The translations under genes and the position numbers were made by a program. Positions 19,618-28,892 of a stretch of DNA of 64,000 nucleotides are shown piece by piece; positions within the stretch are counted from its first letter, which is position 1, and every line of letters begins with the position of its first letter. Origin of the DNA: a virus; the IMG/VR virus record IMGVR_UViG_3300042934_000426, positions 32,001 to 96,000 of that record. The stretch is one strand, 5' to 3'. The notes under the pieces are model-generated. The model was not told where the DNA came from and searched no databases. It was given only the letters and a program-made list of their open reading frames with translations.

Positions 19618-19860
19618 TTAAGCTTCAAGTCCCTGGCTCTTTAAGAAGTTAGCCAGCCCGCTTTGCGGGAAACGACGTACTTTATGTTTTCCTTCAGGAT
19701 TAATCACCGTATAGGGAATGTTGAAGTCTTCTAGCACCCGATAAAAGGTGTTTCGGCTTTGGCAAGGGAAGCCCTTGCTACTAAGGTAATCCATGGCTTG
19801 TTGCATTGTCAACATTTTATCGTCTACTAGGATTGCTTTTGCTTGCTTTGCTTTCGCCAC
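19618..19860 (-). CDS. excisionase/MerR-like HTH DNA-binding protein
   Basis: MLTMQQAMDYL...SRNTFYR...VRRF..GLANFL; GTG 19860 preceded by RBS AGGAGC. Confidence 0.7.
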   Translation of the reverse strand: MAKAKQAKAILVDDKMLTMQQAMDYLSSKGFPCQSRNTFYRVLEDFNIPYTVINPEGKHKVRRFPQSGLANFLKSQGLEA

Positions 19861-19919
19861 TTGCCTTCCGCTCCTTTCTTGTTTGAAGTTGTTCACCGTT
19901 GTTTAACTTTATATTTCTC

Positions 19920-19948
19920 ATTATAGAGGTGTCCTATACGTTTGTCAA
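19920..19948 (-). promoter_or_regulatory. consensus sigmaA promoter for the HTH-ncRNA-SSB unit
   Basis: TTGACA-17 bp-TATAAT, preceded by TTGTTCAAAGTTG. Confidence 0.85.
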
Positions 19949-20094
19949 CAACTTTGAACAAAATTATTTTATCGGTTTAGAGAATGTTTTATGACACGAA
20001 TAGCAAACGTAATCTATTTCTGTATCACCTGGAAAAATAACCAAAAAGTCTGTGTCTGTACTTCCACAGTTAGGGCAACCTACTTTATTAGCTG

Positions 20095-20391
20095 TCACCA
20101 TTGACCCCTTCCTTCGACGTATGTTTTATGCTTCAGGTCTTCGACTTGTGTAGCTGTATGAATCGTCTTCGAGCGGGCGTAGAAGGGATAGAAGCCCTTC
20201 CCCTCTCGTATACGCTCATTTAACGAATCCTTCGCTTGCTCGGTCATATCGTTCCAATCGTCGGATTCCCACACTTCCACCATGACTTCGACTTGCATAA
20301 TCACCACAGCTTTTTTACCCGTACGGGCTGGGGCGACGACTTCCGAAGTGGGAAGGTCGCCCATATCCTTACGTTCGTTCATACTACCCAC
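20095..20391 (-). CDS. hypothetical protein
   Basis: ORF. Confidence 0.55.
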   Translation of the reverse strand: MGSMNERKDMGDLPTSEVVAPARTGKKAVVIMQVEVMVEVWESDDWNDMTEQAKDSLNERIREGKGFYPFYARSKTIHTATQVEDLKHKTYVEGRGQW

Positions 20392-20419
20392 CCCTTCAGG
20401 TTTTTCTCGATTGACGGCA

Positions 20420-20620
20420 CTAACTCAATGCTAAAATTACATCATCATATATCAGTTTTAATTCCTCAATTGTTATTCCATCTTTTTCATACTCCTTGAA
20501 TGATTGAACTAATTCAATAGCAATATCGTCTGTTATTTCTCCACTTTTAATTCTCATATCAAGAATTCCCACTTTTGTTTCAAGGTCGTTTTTTAATTGT
20601 TCAATTTCTATTTTGTTCAA
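20420..20620 (-). CDS. AT-rich hypothetical protein
   Basis: ORF with TTG start after RBS AGGAAG. Confidence 0.45.
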   Translation of the reverse strand: MNKIEIEQLKNDLETKVGILDMRIKSGEITDDIAIELVQSFKEYEKDGITIEELKLIYDDVILALS

Positions 20621-20676
20621 ATTAATCTTCCTTTCTGTTTTTTAGTGCGTAATTTGGTTTCATTACCTACTAGACC

Positions 20677-22461
20677 CTATATCAGGTCTAGTAAGTCTTG
20701 TGGTGAGCTGAAGAGCTTCTTCATCACTACCTCGTCTTCGTCTACGATGGCTTTGAAGAGCTCCCGCTTGTTCTCTAGGATTTCGAGCTTCTTCTCTTCG
20801 TAGCTTCCTTCGGTAATCATGTTAATAGCGGTGACGGCTGACTTCACCCCGTTACGGTGGGCACGGGCATAAATTTGTTCCATCTTTTGCGGGTTGAATA
20901 GCTGGTCATAGCATATCACATATGACCCCATAGAAAGGTCTAGCCCGTAGTTACCAGCGGTGGTCATCAGCACACATTGAATGTCCCCGTTTTGGAATTC
21001 ATTCTGAATCCGTCCTGTTTCGGTCGCTTTCAGTCCACCTTTGATGTAGCCAATTTGCTCCTTCCGAAGTCCTAACTTTTCATTGCTGGTTAGCCATGTG
21101 TAAAGTATGTCTGTCATTTCCTTGTATTGGCTGAACAGGATAAACTTGTGGCGGTGTGGGTCAAGGTCAACAATAATATCGCCTAGGGCGTTCATTTTTC
21201 CGCTTTCTTCAGGTAAGTTCGAATTTTCCATCACCTTCCGAAGTAGGGCTGGTGAATCGCATACTTGCTGAAGGCGGGTAATTTGCGCTAGTGCTTCCAG
21301 GTAGGAAAACTCGCTTCCTTGCTCTTTCGCGATTTCTAGGATTCCGTCTTTTACTTGCTTATACAGTCGTTGTTGTTCCTTCGTCATTTTAACCGAATAG
21401 TTAACCACGGATAGTGGTGGTAGGTCAGGTAGTGCGTCCGCTTTCGACTTCCGAAGCATGATAGGTTCTAGGCGCTTCGTCAGCTCACTAATCATTTGGG
21501 GCTTTGGTGCAACAGGTTTTCCAAAGAAGTCCATTTCTACATAGCGGTCTAGGAACTTGTAGTAAGTACCTAAGATACCAGGTCGGCAAAAATCGGTTAG
21601 TGTCCATAGTTCTTGAATGTTATTTTCAAGCGGTGTTCCTGTTCCCAGGATTTTACGACCCGCTGGTTTCAGCTTCTTAATCAAGTTCTTCGTCGTTTGT
21701 GCCTTCGGGTTCTTAATACGATGGGCTTCGTCTAGGATAACCAACCAGCGTCCATCTACAGGTGGGATAATGTCCATATCCCGAAGGAAGAGCTCATAGT
21801 TCATAATCGTCACATCAGCCCCATATTCGTATTGCTGATATTGCACTTCACGAAGCTTTGCACCTGTCAGCTTCTCCTTCGTACCGTCTTCCCATTCGAC
21901 CGTTTCCCGCTTGTCACCGTCAATCACGACATATTCCAGCGACGTCCATTTTTTGACTTCCTTTTCCCAGGTGGAATACTTCAAAGGTGACGGGCATACC
22001 ACCAATAGATAATCGACTAATCCTTTGTTCTTCCAATCGACGAAGCTCGCTAGCCCCGTGAGTGATTTTCCTAATCCCATATCGAAGGCTAGGATAGCAC
22101 CCTCTCCGTCTTCGAGCGTATCCAGGAACGCCTTCCCTACCGCCTGGTACGGGTAAAGCTCTCCTTTTAATCCTTTGATTTTTCCGCTTACTTTCTTTTC
22201 GTCAATGCTTTTCACGGCTACCGCTTTTTGCTGACGGTCTTTTAAGTCCTTGAATACTTGCTTGACAGCTGGTGCAATTTCTAACGAAGGCATAATACGC
22301 AAAGCGTCTTCGGTTGATTCTAATGGGATTTCCCAGCGTTTCGCTGAACGCTCCCAGGCTGACCCAGGGATTGCACGAATCAAGTCTTTATAGCTGAATG
22401 TCTTTCCAGCGAAATAAAGTGTTTTGCTACTGCCTTCTGATAACTGTAAACTGATTGTCAT
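20677..22461 (-). CDS. SNF2/SWI2-family helicase/translocase
   Basis: DMGLGKS, LVVCP, LDEAH, TGTPLEN, LFSQY, AGNYGLDL, QIYARAHR; start probably ATG 22461. Confidence 0.92.
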   Translation of the reverse strand: MTISLQLSEGSSKTLYFAGKTFSYKDLIRAIPGSAWERSAKRWEIPLESTEDALRIMPSLEIAPAVKQVFKDLKDRQQKAVAVKSIDEKKVSGKIKGLKGELYPYQAVGKAFLDTLEDGEGAILAFDMGLGKSLTGLASFVDWKNKGLVDYLLVVCPSPLKYSTWEKEVKKWTSLEYVVIDGDKRETVEWEDGTKEKLTGAKLREVQYQQYEYGADVTIMNYELFLRDMDIIPPVDGRWLVILDEAHRIKNPKAQTTKNLIKKLKPAGRKILGTGTPLENNIQELWTLTDFCRPGILGTYYKFLDRYVEMDFFGKPVAPKPQMISELTKRLEPIMLRKSKADALPDLPPLSVVNYSVKMTKEQQRLYKQVKDGILEIAKEQGSEFSYLEALAQITRLQQVCDSPALLRKVMENSNLPEESGKMNALGDIIVDLDPHRHKFILFSQYKEMTDILYTWLTSNEKLGLRKEQIGYIKGGLKATETGRIQNEFQNGDIQCVLMTTAGNYGLDLSMGSYVICYDQLFNPQKMEQIYARAHRNGVKSAVTAINMITEGSYEEKKLEILENKRELFKAIVDEDEVVMKKLFSSPQDLLDLI

Positions 22462-22470
22462 ATGTGACAC

Positions 22471-22537
22471 GCTCCTTTTGTTTTGGGGGTTCTATCCCCT
22501 CATGATTAACATACATACGCTTTTATTCTTTCTCTAC
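22471..22537 (-). promoter_or_regulatory. promoter-hairpin-RBS cassette, copy 2
   Basis: GTAGA-N13-CGTATGTATGTTAA, GGGG..CCCC hairpin, A-rich tract, AGGAGC. Confidence 0.7.
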
Positions 22538-22759
22538 GCTGGAATAATCCTTCTCTACGATACCCTTCAGGTATTGGTAATAGAAGTTTTTCCAGCCACC
22601 ACGCTTCGGATAAGTAAGCACCGTTATATTGCCCTTCCGAACCACGACTTCCTTTAGTACGGGTTCGGTTCGTATATCGAAGCCAGCGGTTATTAATACC
22701 CGAACACATTCCATTTTGTAGTCGTACCACGTCCAACTAGGCTTCGGCTCCTTAATCAT
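22523..22759 (-). CDS. hypothetical protein
   Basis: ORF overlapping the stop of the upstream gene. Confidence 0.5.
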   Translation of the reverse strand: MIKEPKPSWTWYDYKMECVRVLITAGFDIRTEPVLKEVVVRKGNITVLTYPKRGGWKNFYYQYLKGIVEKDYSSVEKE

Positions 22760-23273
22760 ACTGATTCACCAGGCTTCGGAAGACTACTAGGTGCTTTTTA
22801 TACCGTTCTAATCGCTCTTCTAGGTCTACTTTCTTTTTATTCAATCGATTGTAATATCCTGGTGGTACAGGTGATGGTCTAAAGGTAGTCAAGTTACGTT
22901 CTGTATATTGAATGGATTCTTTACACGCTTCAATTTTGCTTTCTAGGTTACGAATTGCCCATTGTATTGCTTCCTTTTGTTCCCCGTCCAGTCCATAGTT
23001 TATCATGCTTCCCAGCTCCTTTTTGCCTTCTTCCGAAGGTTCTTCAATGGTAATGACTAAAGCATAATCGAAGTCAGGCTTCAATTCGATTTTCTTACCT
23101 GTGTCGATAACGTGTAAAAACTTCTTGCCGTCTTCTTTGACGATTTCACCGTCCCATACGCCATTATCCACACTAAACTTCGTTCCGACGGAAAGCATAT
23201 ACATATCAGTGGTTGTGCCAAAATAACGCCCGTTACTATCGGGTAATTTATATATAAATTTGCTTCTGTCCAT
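22752..23273 (-). CDS. hypothetical protein with C-terminal coiled coil
   Basis: ORF, RBS AGGAGCTGG, upstream promoter-like TTCATA-17-TATACT. Confidence 0.6.
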   Translation of the reverse strand: MDRSKFIYKLPDSNGRYFGTTTDMYMLSVGTKFSVDNGVWDGEIVKEDGKKFLHVIDTGKKIELKPDFDYALVITIEEPSEEGKKELGSMINYGLDGEQKEAIQWAIRNLESKIEACKESIQYTERNLTTFRPSPVPPGYYNRLNKKKVDLEERLERYKKHLVVFRSLVNQYD

Positions 23274-23351
23274 TTCGCCAGCTCCTTTTCACTTAGTATA
23301 CCACAACTTTGACTAAATATGAACAACTTCGTTCAAGTAAAAAGCTGGGTA

Positions 23352-23624
23352 TTAACCCAGCCCGCCTTCGCCATTATAAGGGTTTTCGTCTGTACTTAAT
23401 GGATTATAGGGCAAGACCTCACACCGCCATACATACGTACGGCTGATAAAGCTCATTCCTTGTGACGGTACGACTTCGAAGTCATCATTCTCTTCTAGTA
23501 CGTGGGTCAGTACAAAGCTCGTTGCCGTTTCCTGGGTCAATACCCCTACAATATGTGTCGGCATAAGCGACCCTTCGGTCTGTGGTACTAAGTGCAATCG
23601 CACCCATGTTTCAGGTTGGTTCAT
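23352..23624 (-). CDS. hypothetical protein
   Basis: ORF with RBS AGGAGCTG. Confidence 0.55.
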   Translation of the reverse strand: MNQPETWVRLHLVPQTEGSLMPTHIVGVLTQETATSFVLTHVLEENDDFEVVPSQGMSFISRTYVWRCEVLPYNPLSTDENPYNGEGGLG

Positions 23625-23865
23625 TATTTTCAGCTCCTTCGATTATTTTCGGTGACCGTCCTGTTAAGGTCAGCACCCATTCCAGGAAGTCAGGGTCACC
23701 AGGAACTAGGTCAAACCGTTCCTGTACCTTTTTCATTTCCTTTGTGTAGGTTTCACGGTCGATTTCACATAGCTCTAGTTGGCTCGGTATTTCTCCGAAT
23801 AACTCCATCATAAAGACTTCGAAGGCAACTGTCACTCTACTTTTTTCCTCTGTCATAGTCTTCAT
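23611..23865 (-). CDS. hypothetical protein
   Basis: ORF with ATGA coupling. Confidence 0.55.
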   Translation of the reverse strand: MKTMTEEKSRVTVAFEVFMMELFGEIPSQLELCEIDRETYTKEMKKVQERFDLVPGDPDFLEWVLTLTGRSPKIIEGAENNEPT

Positions 23866-24584
23866 TCCTTCCCGAATATACCGTTATCAACGGCAATGTA
23901 AAAATCCTTCGTACTCATAGAACATCCACAGCATTTACGATAACCCGTCCAGGCATGGTAGTGAAAAGGTTGCCAGTCTACGCAATACCCACAATAAAGG
24001 GCTTCTTTATTGCTTGGTTTTGCTTCCACTAGGTTCCGAAGTTTAGCTTCGTCTAGGCGCATTTGAAGCTTCTTCGGTAGAACGCTAGGCTTTAGTAAGG
24101 TGATGAATCGGTCTTCGGAAGCCCCTTTATTCAGGCGCTTGAAAAGGTCTTGCTTCGCCTTGTATGACAGCTCCCTCATTTGGAATACGCTTACTTGCTC
24201 TTCATGCTTCACAGGTTCGTCGGGCGACGTCGTTCTTGTATGAGCTGGTCTAGGTTCGGCTGGTGGATTTGGGCGTTCGCTGGTAACAATAGGCTTCGAA
24301 GCTTCTGTGCTCTTTCTTGCTTCAGGCTTTTGCTTTGGTTCTTGTTTGATAGCTTGCTTGACTTCTTCCTTCTTGCCATTTGCTTTCTTCCCTTCAGTGG
24401 TCTTCGGAAGCTTAACTGGCGGTGCTGGGCGTGCTGGTGTCTTTTTAGTTGCCACGGTAGCGGGTGTTGCGGTCTTCTTTGATTGCACTTCGGAAGTCTT
24501 CGTAGTAGTCGGTTGAGCTGGTGTAGCCGTAGTCCCAGGTACTCTTTTCTTCTTTGCGTTTTTCGTTGCGATTGTCATTGTCAT
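23862..24584 (-). CDS. Lys/Pro/Thr-rich protein with C-terminal zinc finger
   Basis: CGYC...CCGC; start probably MTMTIATK after a GGGGG RBS. Confidence 0.6.
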   Translation of the reverse strand: MTMTIATKNAKKKRVPGTTATPAQPTTTKTSEVQSKKTATPATVATKKTPARPAPPVKLPKTTEGKKANGKKEEVKQAIKQEPKQKPEARKSTEASKPIVTSERPNPPAEPRPAHTRTTSPDEPVKHEEQVSVFQMRELSYKAKQDLFKRLNKGASEDRFITLLKPSVLPKKLQMRLDEAKLRNLVEAKPSNKEALYCGYCVDWQPFHYHAWTGYRKCCGCSMSTKDFYIAVDNGIFGKE

Positions 24585-24744
24585 TTCCCCCATTACATGT
24601 AATCTGATAACTGTTATATGAATCTCGTATGTGTATAGCTGTGTGCTGGTTATGTGAAGGGCTTCGCTCGACAAAAGGAGCGAAGACCCATGACACACAT
24701 TTCAAAAATATCCATCCTACGACTATCCAGAATAGGACTATCAT
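24445..24744 (-). CDS. possible small membrane protein
   Basis: N-terminal hydrophobic helix, ATGA coupling, but overlaps the downstream gene. Confidence 0.35.
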   Translation of the reverse strand: MIVLFWIVVGWIFLKCVSWVFAPFVERSPSHNQHTAIHIRDSYNSYQITCNGGNDNDNRNEKRKEEKSTWDYGYTSSTDYYEDFRSAIKEDRNTRYRGN

Positions 24745-25187
24745 AGTTTCAGCACGGCTTCCTTGAATTCCTTGATAGCCGTCTTAATTTCCCTTCGTTG
24801 GTTCTTCGTCGAAGCGGTATGGTCGTACTCGCTAACGATTTCTTGCTCTACGTCTTCGTACATTTGCCACAGGTAAATAGCGGTACCTCGATAAAGAAAG
24901 ACGAATACGTGGTCTTTGTAGACGATTCGGTGGTTACCTTTCGCATACTCTCCGTGTATCATAGCTTCGTGCATGTTTCTACTTTTCAGCTTCCGAAGAC
25001 CGTCAATATAGACGCTCTTCGGAAATTGGTGGATAAAGCTGACCGCAAGTTTTCGAGCGGTATCAGGTTCTAACAGCTTCAAGAGGTCTTCCCTTTTTGC
25101 TCCATATATTTGAGATAAGTAAACCTGGTAACCACCAGGTTTACTTCGATAACTATTCAACGGTAATAAGCTCCCCATCACGTACAT
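24741..25187 (-). CDS. hypothetical protein
   Basis: ORF. Confidence 0.55.
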   Translation of the reverse strand: MYVMGSLLPLNSYRSKPGGYQVYLSQIYGAKREDLLKLLEPDTARKLAVSFIHQFPKSVYIDGLRKLKSRNMHEAMIHGEYAKGNHRIVYKDHVFVFLYRGTAIYLWQMYEDVEQEIVSEYDHTASTKNQRREIKTAIKEFKEAVLKL

Positions 25188-26478
25188 ACACCCCTTTGTT
25201 AAAGTCGATTTGGTGACGCTTCGCCTGATAGGTAATCGTCGCTGGTGTCTTTCCGAAGTGCTCCGCTACCGCCTTCATGGAACCTAATTCCCGATAAAGC
25301 GTGATAATGTCTTCAGGGTTATCGTGGCTTCGAAGTCTTTGGTTCTTCACTTCTACCGCTACGATTTTTGCCTTCGGCTTCTTTGGTGTTTTTGGTTCTT
25401 CCGTTTTCACTTTTTTCGTCCCCTTCGGCTTCTTTGGTGCTTTAGGCTTTTCTTCCGAAGCTTGCTTTTCTTGCTCTTGTTCGATTTCCTTTACTTCTTC
25501 ATTGTTCACTTCGTCAGGCACGACTTCAGCGGTGTTATAGGCTATCCAATGAGTATACCCCTCTTTGTAAGCGTTATGACCTTTTTGGTACGTCCCTTCT
25601 TGTGCTTCGGTGATAGGCTCAGTCGATGTCCCTTTATGCTCTTCGATAAAGAATTCCTTTTCGTCCTTGGACTTGAATTTTTCGAAGTAGCGATAAGAGG
25701 CGCGCATATTCTTTTCAATCGCGTCTTCTCCTGGCTTCTCGACGTGTGACTGTGTTACCTGAATGACTTTCCCACCCTTCGGTACTTCAATATAAGGGGT
25801 ATCACAAACCATACACACCGCATGAATCTGACGTGTGCACCATACCGTAATACGGTGACCATTCGAAGCCACACAACGACAAATGAACTTACGGTTATAG
25901 CTTTGTGGTTCAGGCATTTTGGCTATATTCCCATAGCATTGAGCGCCTTTTGCGGGAATTCCTACAATTTGCGCGTAATCTTTGAAATCTTTGTTATGCC
26001 AATCTTTCGGGCGCTTCTTTTGGTTCTCTGTCGGTTCTTCACCAGGCTTCGCATATAACACTTCGTCTTGCCATTGGTGAATCATTTCGTGTCGAAGCGT
26101 TTCTAGGATTCGCTCTTCCGTATTTAATACGATGAAGTTTCGGTTAAAGCGAATATGACGCTCAATCCCCATATTATCGGTGCCTGGCGTGTAGTTGCCT
26201 AATGTCTTATTAGAAAGCTTATCAATGGTAATCAGAGGGTAAGATAATTGACCCTTGAAGTATTCTCTATTGTAGTCTTCCCACTTCTTATAAAGAAGCC
26301 CTAAGAATTCATTTTCCTTCGTTAGAAGCCCCATTAGCGCCTTCTTTAGCGTTTCTTGGTCTACTTCGATAATCTCCTGTTCGTCAGGCTTTTGTAGGAT
26401 GGTACCATCCCCTAAGTCCACTTCCACCATATCGACTACTTGTTCGACTTCTTTCTTTTTCCCTTTCGTTTTAGCCAT
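25153..26478 (-). CDS. SprT-like zinc metalloprotease with Zn ribbon and C-terminal HTH
   Basis: ETLRHEMIH, HNKDFK, CRC..CMVC, terminal SMKAVAEHFGKTPATI. Confidence 0.75.
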   Translation of the reverse strand: MAKTKGKKKEVEQVVDMVEVDLGDGTILQKPDEQEIIEVDQETLKKALMGLLTKENEFLGLLYKKWEDYNREYFKGQLSYPLITIDKLSNKTLGNYTPGTDNMGIERHIRFNRNFIVLNTEERILETLRHEMIHQWQDEVLYAKPGEEPTENQKKRPKDWHNKDFKDYAQIVGIPAKGAQCYGNIAKMPEPQSYNRKFICRCVASNGHRITVWCTRQIHAVCMVCDTPYIEVPKGGKVIQVTQSHVEKPGEDAIEKNMRASYRYFEKFKSKDEKEFFIEEHKGTSTEPITEAQEGTYQKGHNAYKEGYTHWIAYNTAEVVPDEVNNEEVKEIEQEQEKQASEEKPKAPKKPKGTKKVKTEEPKTPKKPKAKIVAVEVKNQRLRSHDNPEDIITLYRELGSMKAVAEHFGKTPATITYQAKRHQIDFNKGVYVRDGELITVE

Positions 26479-26555
26479 GTTCAGCCAGCTCCTTGTATTT
26501 TATTTTAGGGGGCTTTCGCCCCTTCTAAGTGTAGTATACGCTTCCGAAGTATTTT

Positions 26556-26705
26556 TTATTCCTTCGTTGCATTTGCTTTAATGAAAGACATAGAACCTTG
26601 TACAACCAATAACGTAGGTAAATGTGACGTGCTACCCTTCGGTTCACGAATAGCCGTTTCAAGTTCTTTTTCTAATTGTTTCCATGCCTTTTCGTAATCG
26701 ACCAT
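26556..26705 (-). CDS. small hypothetical protein (49 aa)
   Basis: Hand-translated MVDYEKAWKQLEKE...; G-rich RBS; upstream TTGTAA-17-TATACT. Confidence 0.5.
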   Translation of the reverse strand: MVDYEKAWKQLEKELETAIREPKGSTSHLPTLLVVQGSMSFIKANATKE

Positions 26706-26804
26706 ATACCCCCACCCCCTCAACTCCGTTTTTGGTTCTAAAATTAGTATACAACAATGAACAACAATTTACAAGCGTAAACATTTACCACCTCCTTTTC
26801 AGGC

Positions 26805-26998
26805 AAAAAATTTTGGGAAATCGCCTATTACGTATCAACTCGTACGTAATACTCAATGACACACGCTATAGTGTCTATCTGAAAAATTTTTTATTTTTCT
26901 CTCCGCTGATAAAAAATAAAAAAATAAATTTTTGAAAATCAAAACCCTTGTGACACCACTACTACGTACCAACTCGTACGTAATAGAAGGTTTCCCAT
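26805..26998 (+). repeat. element A: paired 9-8-9 palindromic sites around an AT-rich core (inverted copy at 57183-57376)
   Basis: TATTACGTA-TCAACTCG-TACGTAATA at 26826-26851 and TACTACGTA-CCAACTCG-TACGTAATA at 26960-26985. Confidence 0.9.
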
Positions 26999-27114
26999 TT
27001 CATTTTTGACTTATTAGGTGTTTTTTCTCTTATTTTGTGAATGTTTTCACTTAACAAATAAGGAAATTTTAGGCTATTATTTTCCTAAAATTCCCATCAT
27101 ATACCCCCTAGGGA

Positions 27115-27816
27115 TTACTGTTCGAATACTTCAGCTTGTGACTTCGGAATCCATCTTTCGAATTTTTGATTATTCAGTTTCTTTACAAACTGTTGGCGCA
27201 CCTTCTTTCGTTCTGCCTTCGACATACCTAAGACACCCGCTGGGTCATAGGGAATACCTAACCTATCCGCACACGTCGCACCGAAGCCTGTAACCATGCT
27301 AGCGGGCTCAGTGAGTTGCTTCGAACAACGAGCACAAAAGGTCATATCGGTTAGCATATCTGCATAGCCTTCGACTAACCAGGCTTTTGCGGATTCCGCT
27401 TTGACCTTCCCTGTAATGATACGGCTGTCAATTCCTAGGCTCTTCATAAGGAACGGCTTGATTTTAAGTGTGATGGTCGGGTAGTTACCAGCTTCGGAAG
27501 CCTTCTTCTTTTCTTCGTTTTGCTTCGTCCATTCTTTTTCACGTTCCATACACTTGCGAACCGCATTAGCCATGTTATCTGTGAATACAGCGCCTTCGTC
27601 ATGCTTTGCTTTCATATCCAATAGAAATTGAAACGGTTTTGTTTTCTTCGAAGCTTCTGTTAAGAATGTTCCGAATTCTTCGATTTGTTTTTGGTACGCT
27701 CCATTTAACTTCGCTTTTTCCATATCCTTCGTATAAGCGTCTGTAAGTGCCTTATCTGCCTTTGTAACCTTTTTCGCTACTTCTTCCTTATAAGTTCTTT
27801 TCGCCTTCAATACCAT
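27115..27816 (-). CDS. protein with DUF6011-like zinc finger
   Basis: CARCSKQLTEPAS...GFGATCA; start ATG 27816 after AGGAGCTGG. Confidence 0.6.
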   Translation of the reverse strand: MVLKAKRTYKEEVAKKVTKADKALTDAYTKDMEKAKLNGAYQKQIEEFGTFLTEASKKTKPFQFLLDMKAKHDEGAVFTDNMANAVRKCMEREKEWTKQNEEKKKASEAGNYPTITLKIKPFLMKSLGIDSRIITGKVKAESAKAWLVEGYADMLTDMTFCARCSKQLTEPASMVTGFGATCADRLGIPYDPAGVLGMSKAERKKVRQQFVKKLNNQKFERWIPKSQAEVFEQ

Positions 27817-27821
27817 GCTTC

Positions 27822-27907
27822 CCAGCTCCTTAAAATGGTTTTGTTTTAGGGGAGCTTTAAGGGCTCCCCTCATACTTAACATACATACGTCTTTTGTTTT
27901 GCTCTAC
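27822..27907 (-). promoter_or_regulatory. promoter-hairpin-RBS cassette, copy 3
   Basis: GTAGA-N13-CGTATGTATGTTAAG, GGGGAGC/GCTCCCC hairpin, AGGAGCTGG. Confidence 0.75.
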
Positions 27908-27910
27908 AGC

Positions 27911-28459
27911 TTAGAAGAAGAAGATTCCCAGGTCTTCTCTCCAATACGTGTCGTCCTGGTATGGTGTGAACATTCCTACGGCACGCTCTTTCGCTTCGAT
28001 ACCGCCATTCCACCATAGAATCGTTTGGAAGCCTTTGTACGTTCCCGAAGCGTGTAACATATCCTCTGCCGTGCGACTTAGTGTGCGGACATTCGCTTCA
28101 GCGTCTTCAGTCTTCGTGATTCCGAAGAATGGTTTGTAGTCCATATTGACCAGGTATAAGAAGTAGTCCATAGCGATAGCGTTGTACTGTGCTTTGTGCA
28201 TAAGAGCGATTCGTTGAATATCCATAGTCTTATTCTTTTTACGCTTGTTGTGACCCAGCTCGCTCATTTCACTTCTGATTTCTTGATACAGGTTGTGATT
28301 CTCTTCGATTTGACGCTTGATACGTGTTTCGAATGTTACGACGTTTCCAAAAGCTTCGGTTGTTTCTTGGCGAATCATATCCAGCACTTCGAATGAATGA
28401 ATCCCGTGATTGTTGTTTTGTGTGTCCAGGTTTTTGTAACGTAATGATGTTCTTGTCAT
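27911..28459 (-). CDS. hypothetical protein
   Basis: ORF with RBS. Confidence 0.6.
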   Translation of the reverse strand: MTRTSLRYKNLDTQNNNHGIHSFEVLDMIRQETTEAFGNVVTFETRIKRQIEENHNLYQEIRSEMSELGHNKRKKNKTMDIQRIALMHKAQYNAIAMDYFLYLVNMDYKPFFGITKTEDAEANVRTLSRTAEDMLHASGTYKGFQTILWWNGGIEAKERAVGMFTPYQDDTYWREDLGIFFF

Positions 28460-28464
28460 TTTAT

Positions 28465-28543
28465 CCAGCTCCTAGTTTTTATTTTGGGGAGCTTCGGAAG
28501 CTCCCTCATACTTACCATACATACGGCTTTTATTTTCCTCTAC
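28465..28543 (-). promoter_or_regulatory. promoter-hairpin-RBS cassette, copy 4
   Basis: GTAGA-N13-CGTATGTATGGTAAG, GGGAGCTT/AAGCTCCC hairpin, AGGAGCTGG. Confidence 0.75.
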
Positions 28544-28557
28544 GGTGCTTCGGAAGC

Positions 28558-28890
28558 CTATAAAGTCTTCACGTAGTCTAATCCATAATTGTATACAGTT
28601 ATAAGTCCATTTGTGCGTTTTTGTACCTTCACCATGATACGTTCATTGGTTACATGGATATTGAATAGGTAGCAATGGCTCTTTACGTAAGTTGTAGCAT
28701 AAGCAACGGAAATAATAAGCGTATCGTCTTTCTTTTCCTTTGTAGCCGTACCGTCAACTAAGAAATCGAGTACCGATTGAATCATTTGTTTTACTTCTTC
28801 CTTCGACTGAATCATTTTCCCTACAAATACCTTAATGAATAAGTCGTTTGCCATTTTCATAAAGTGTTTTTCTGTTATTGCTTTCATCAT
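28558..28890 (-). CDS. hypothetical protein
   Basis: ORF; start reassigned to ATG 28890 after RBS. Confidence 0.55.
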   Translation of the reverse strand: MMKAITEKHFMKMANDLFIKVFVGKMIQSKEEVKQMIQSVLDFLVDGTATKEKKDDTLIISVAYATTYVKSHCYLFNIHVTNERIMVKVQKRTNGLITVYNYGLDYVKTL

Positions 28891-28892
28891 AA

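Noticed and set aside
23320-23335. LexA (Cheo) box
   Set aside because: Spacing is GAAC-N6-GTTC rather than N4
26826-26985. CRISPR mini-array reading of the repeated 26-bp sites
   Set aside because: Only two units per locus, a 108-bp conserved spacer, and no cas operon; the Cas4-like gene is 25 kb away
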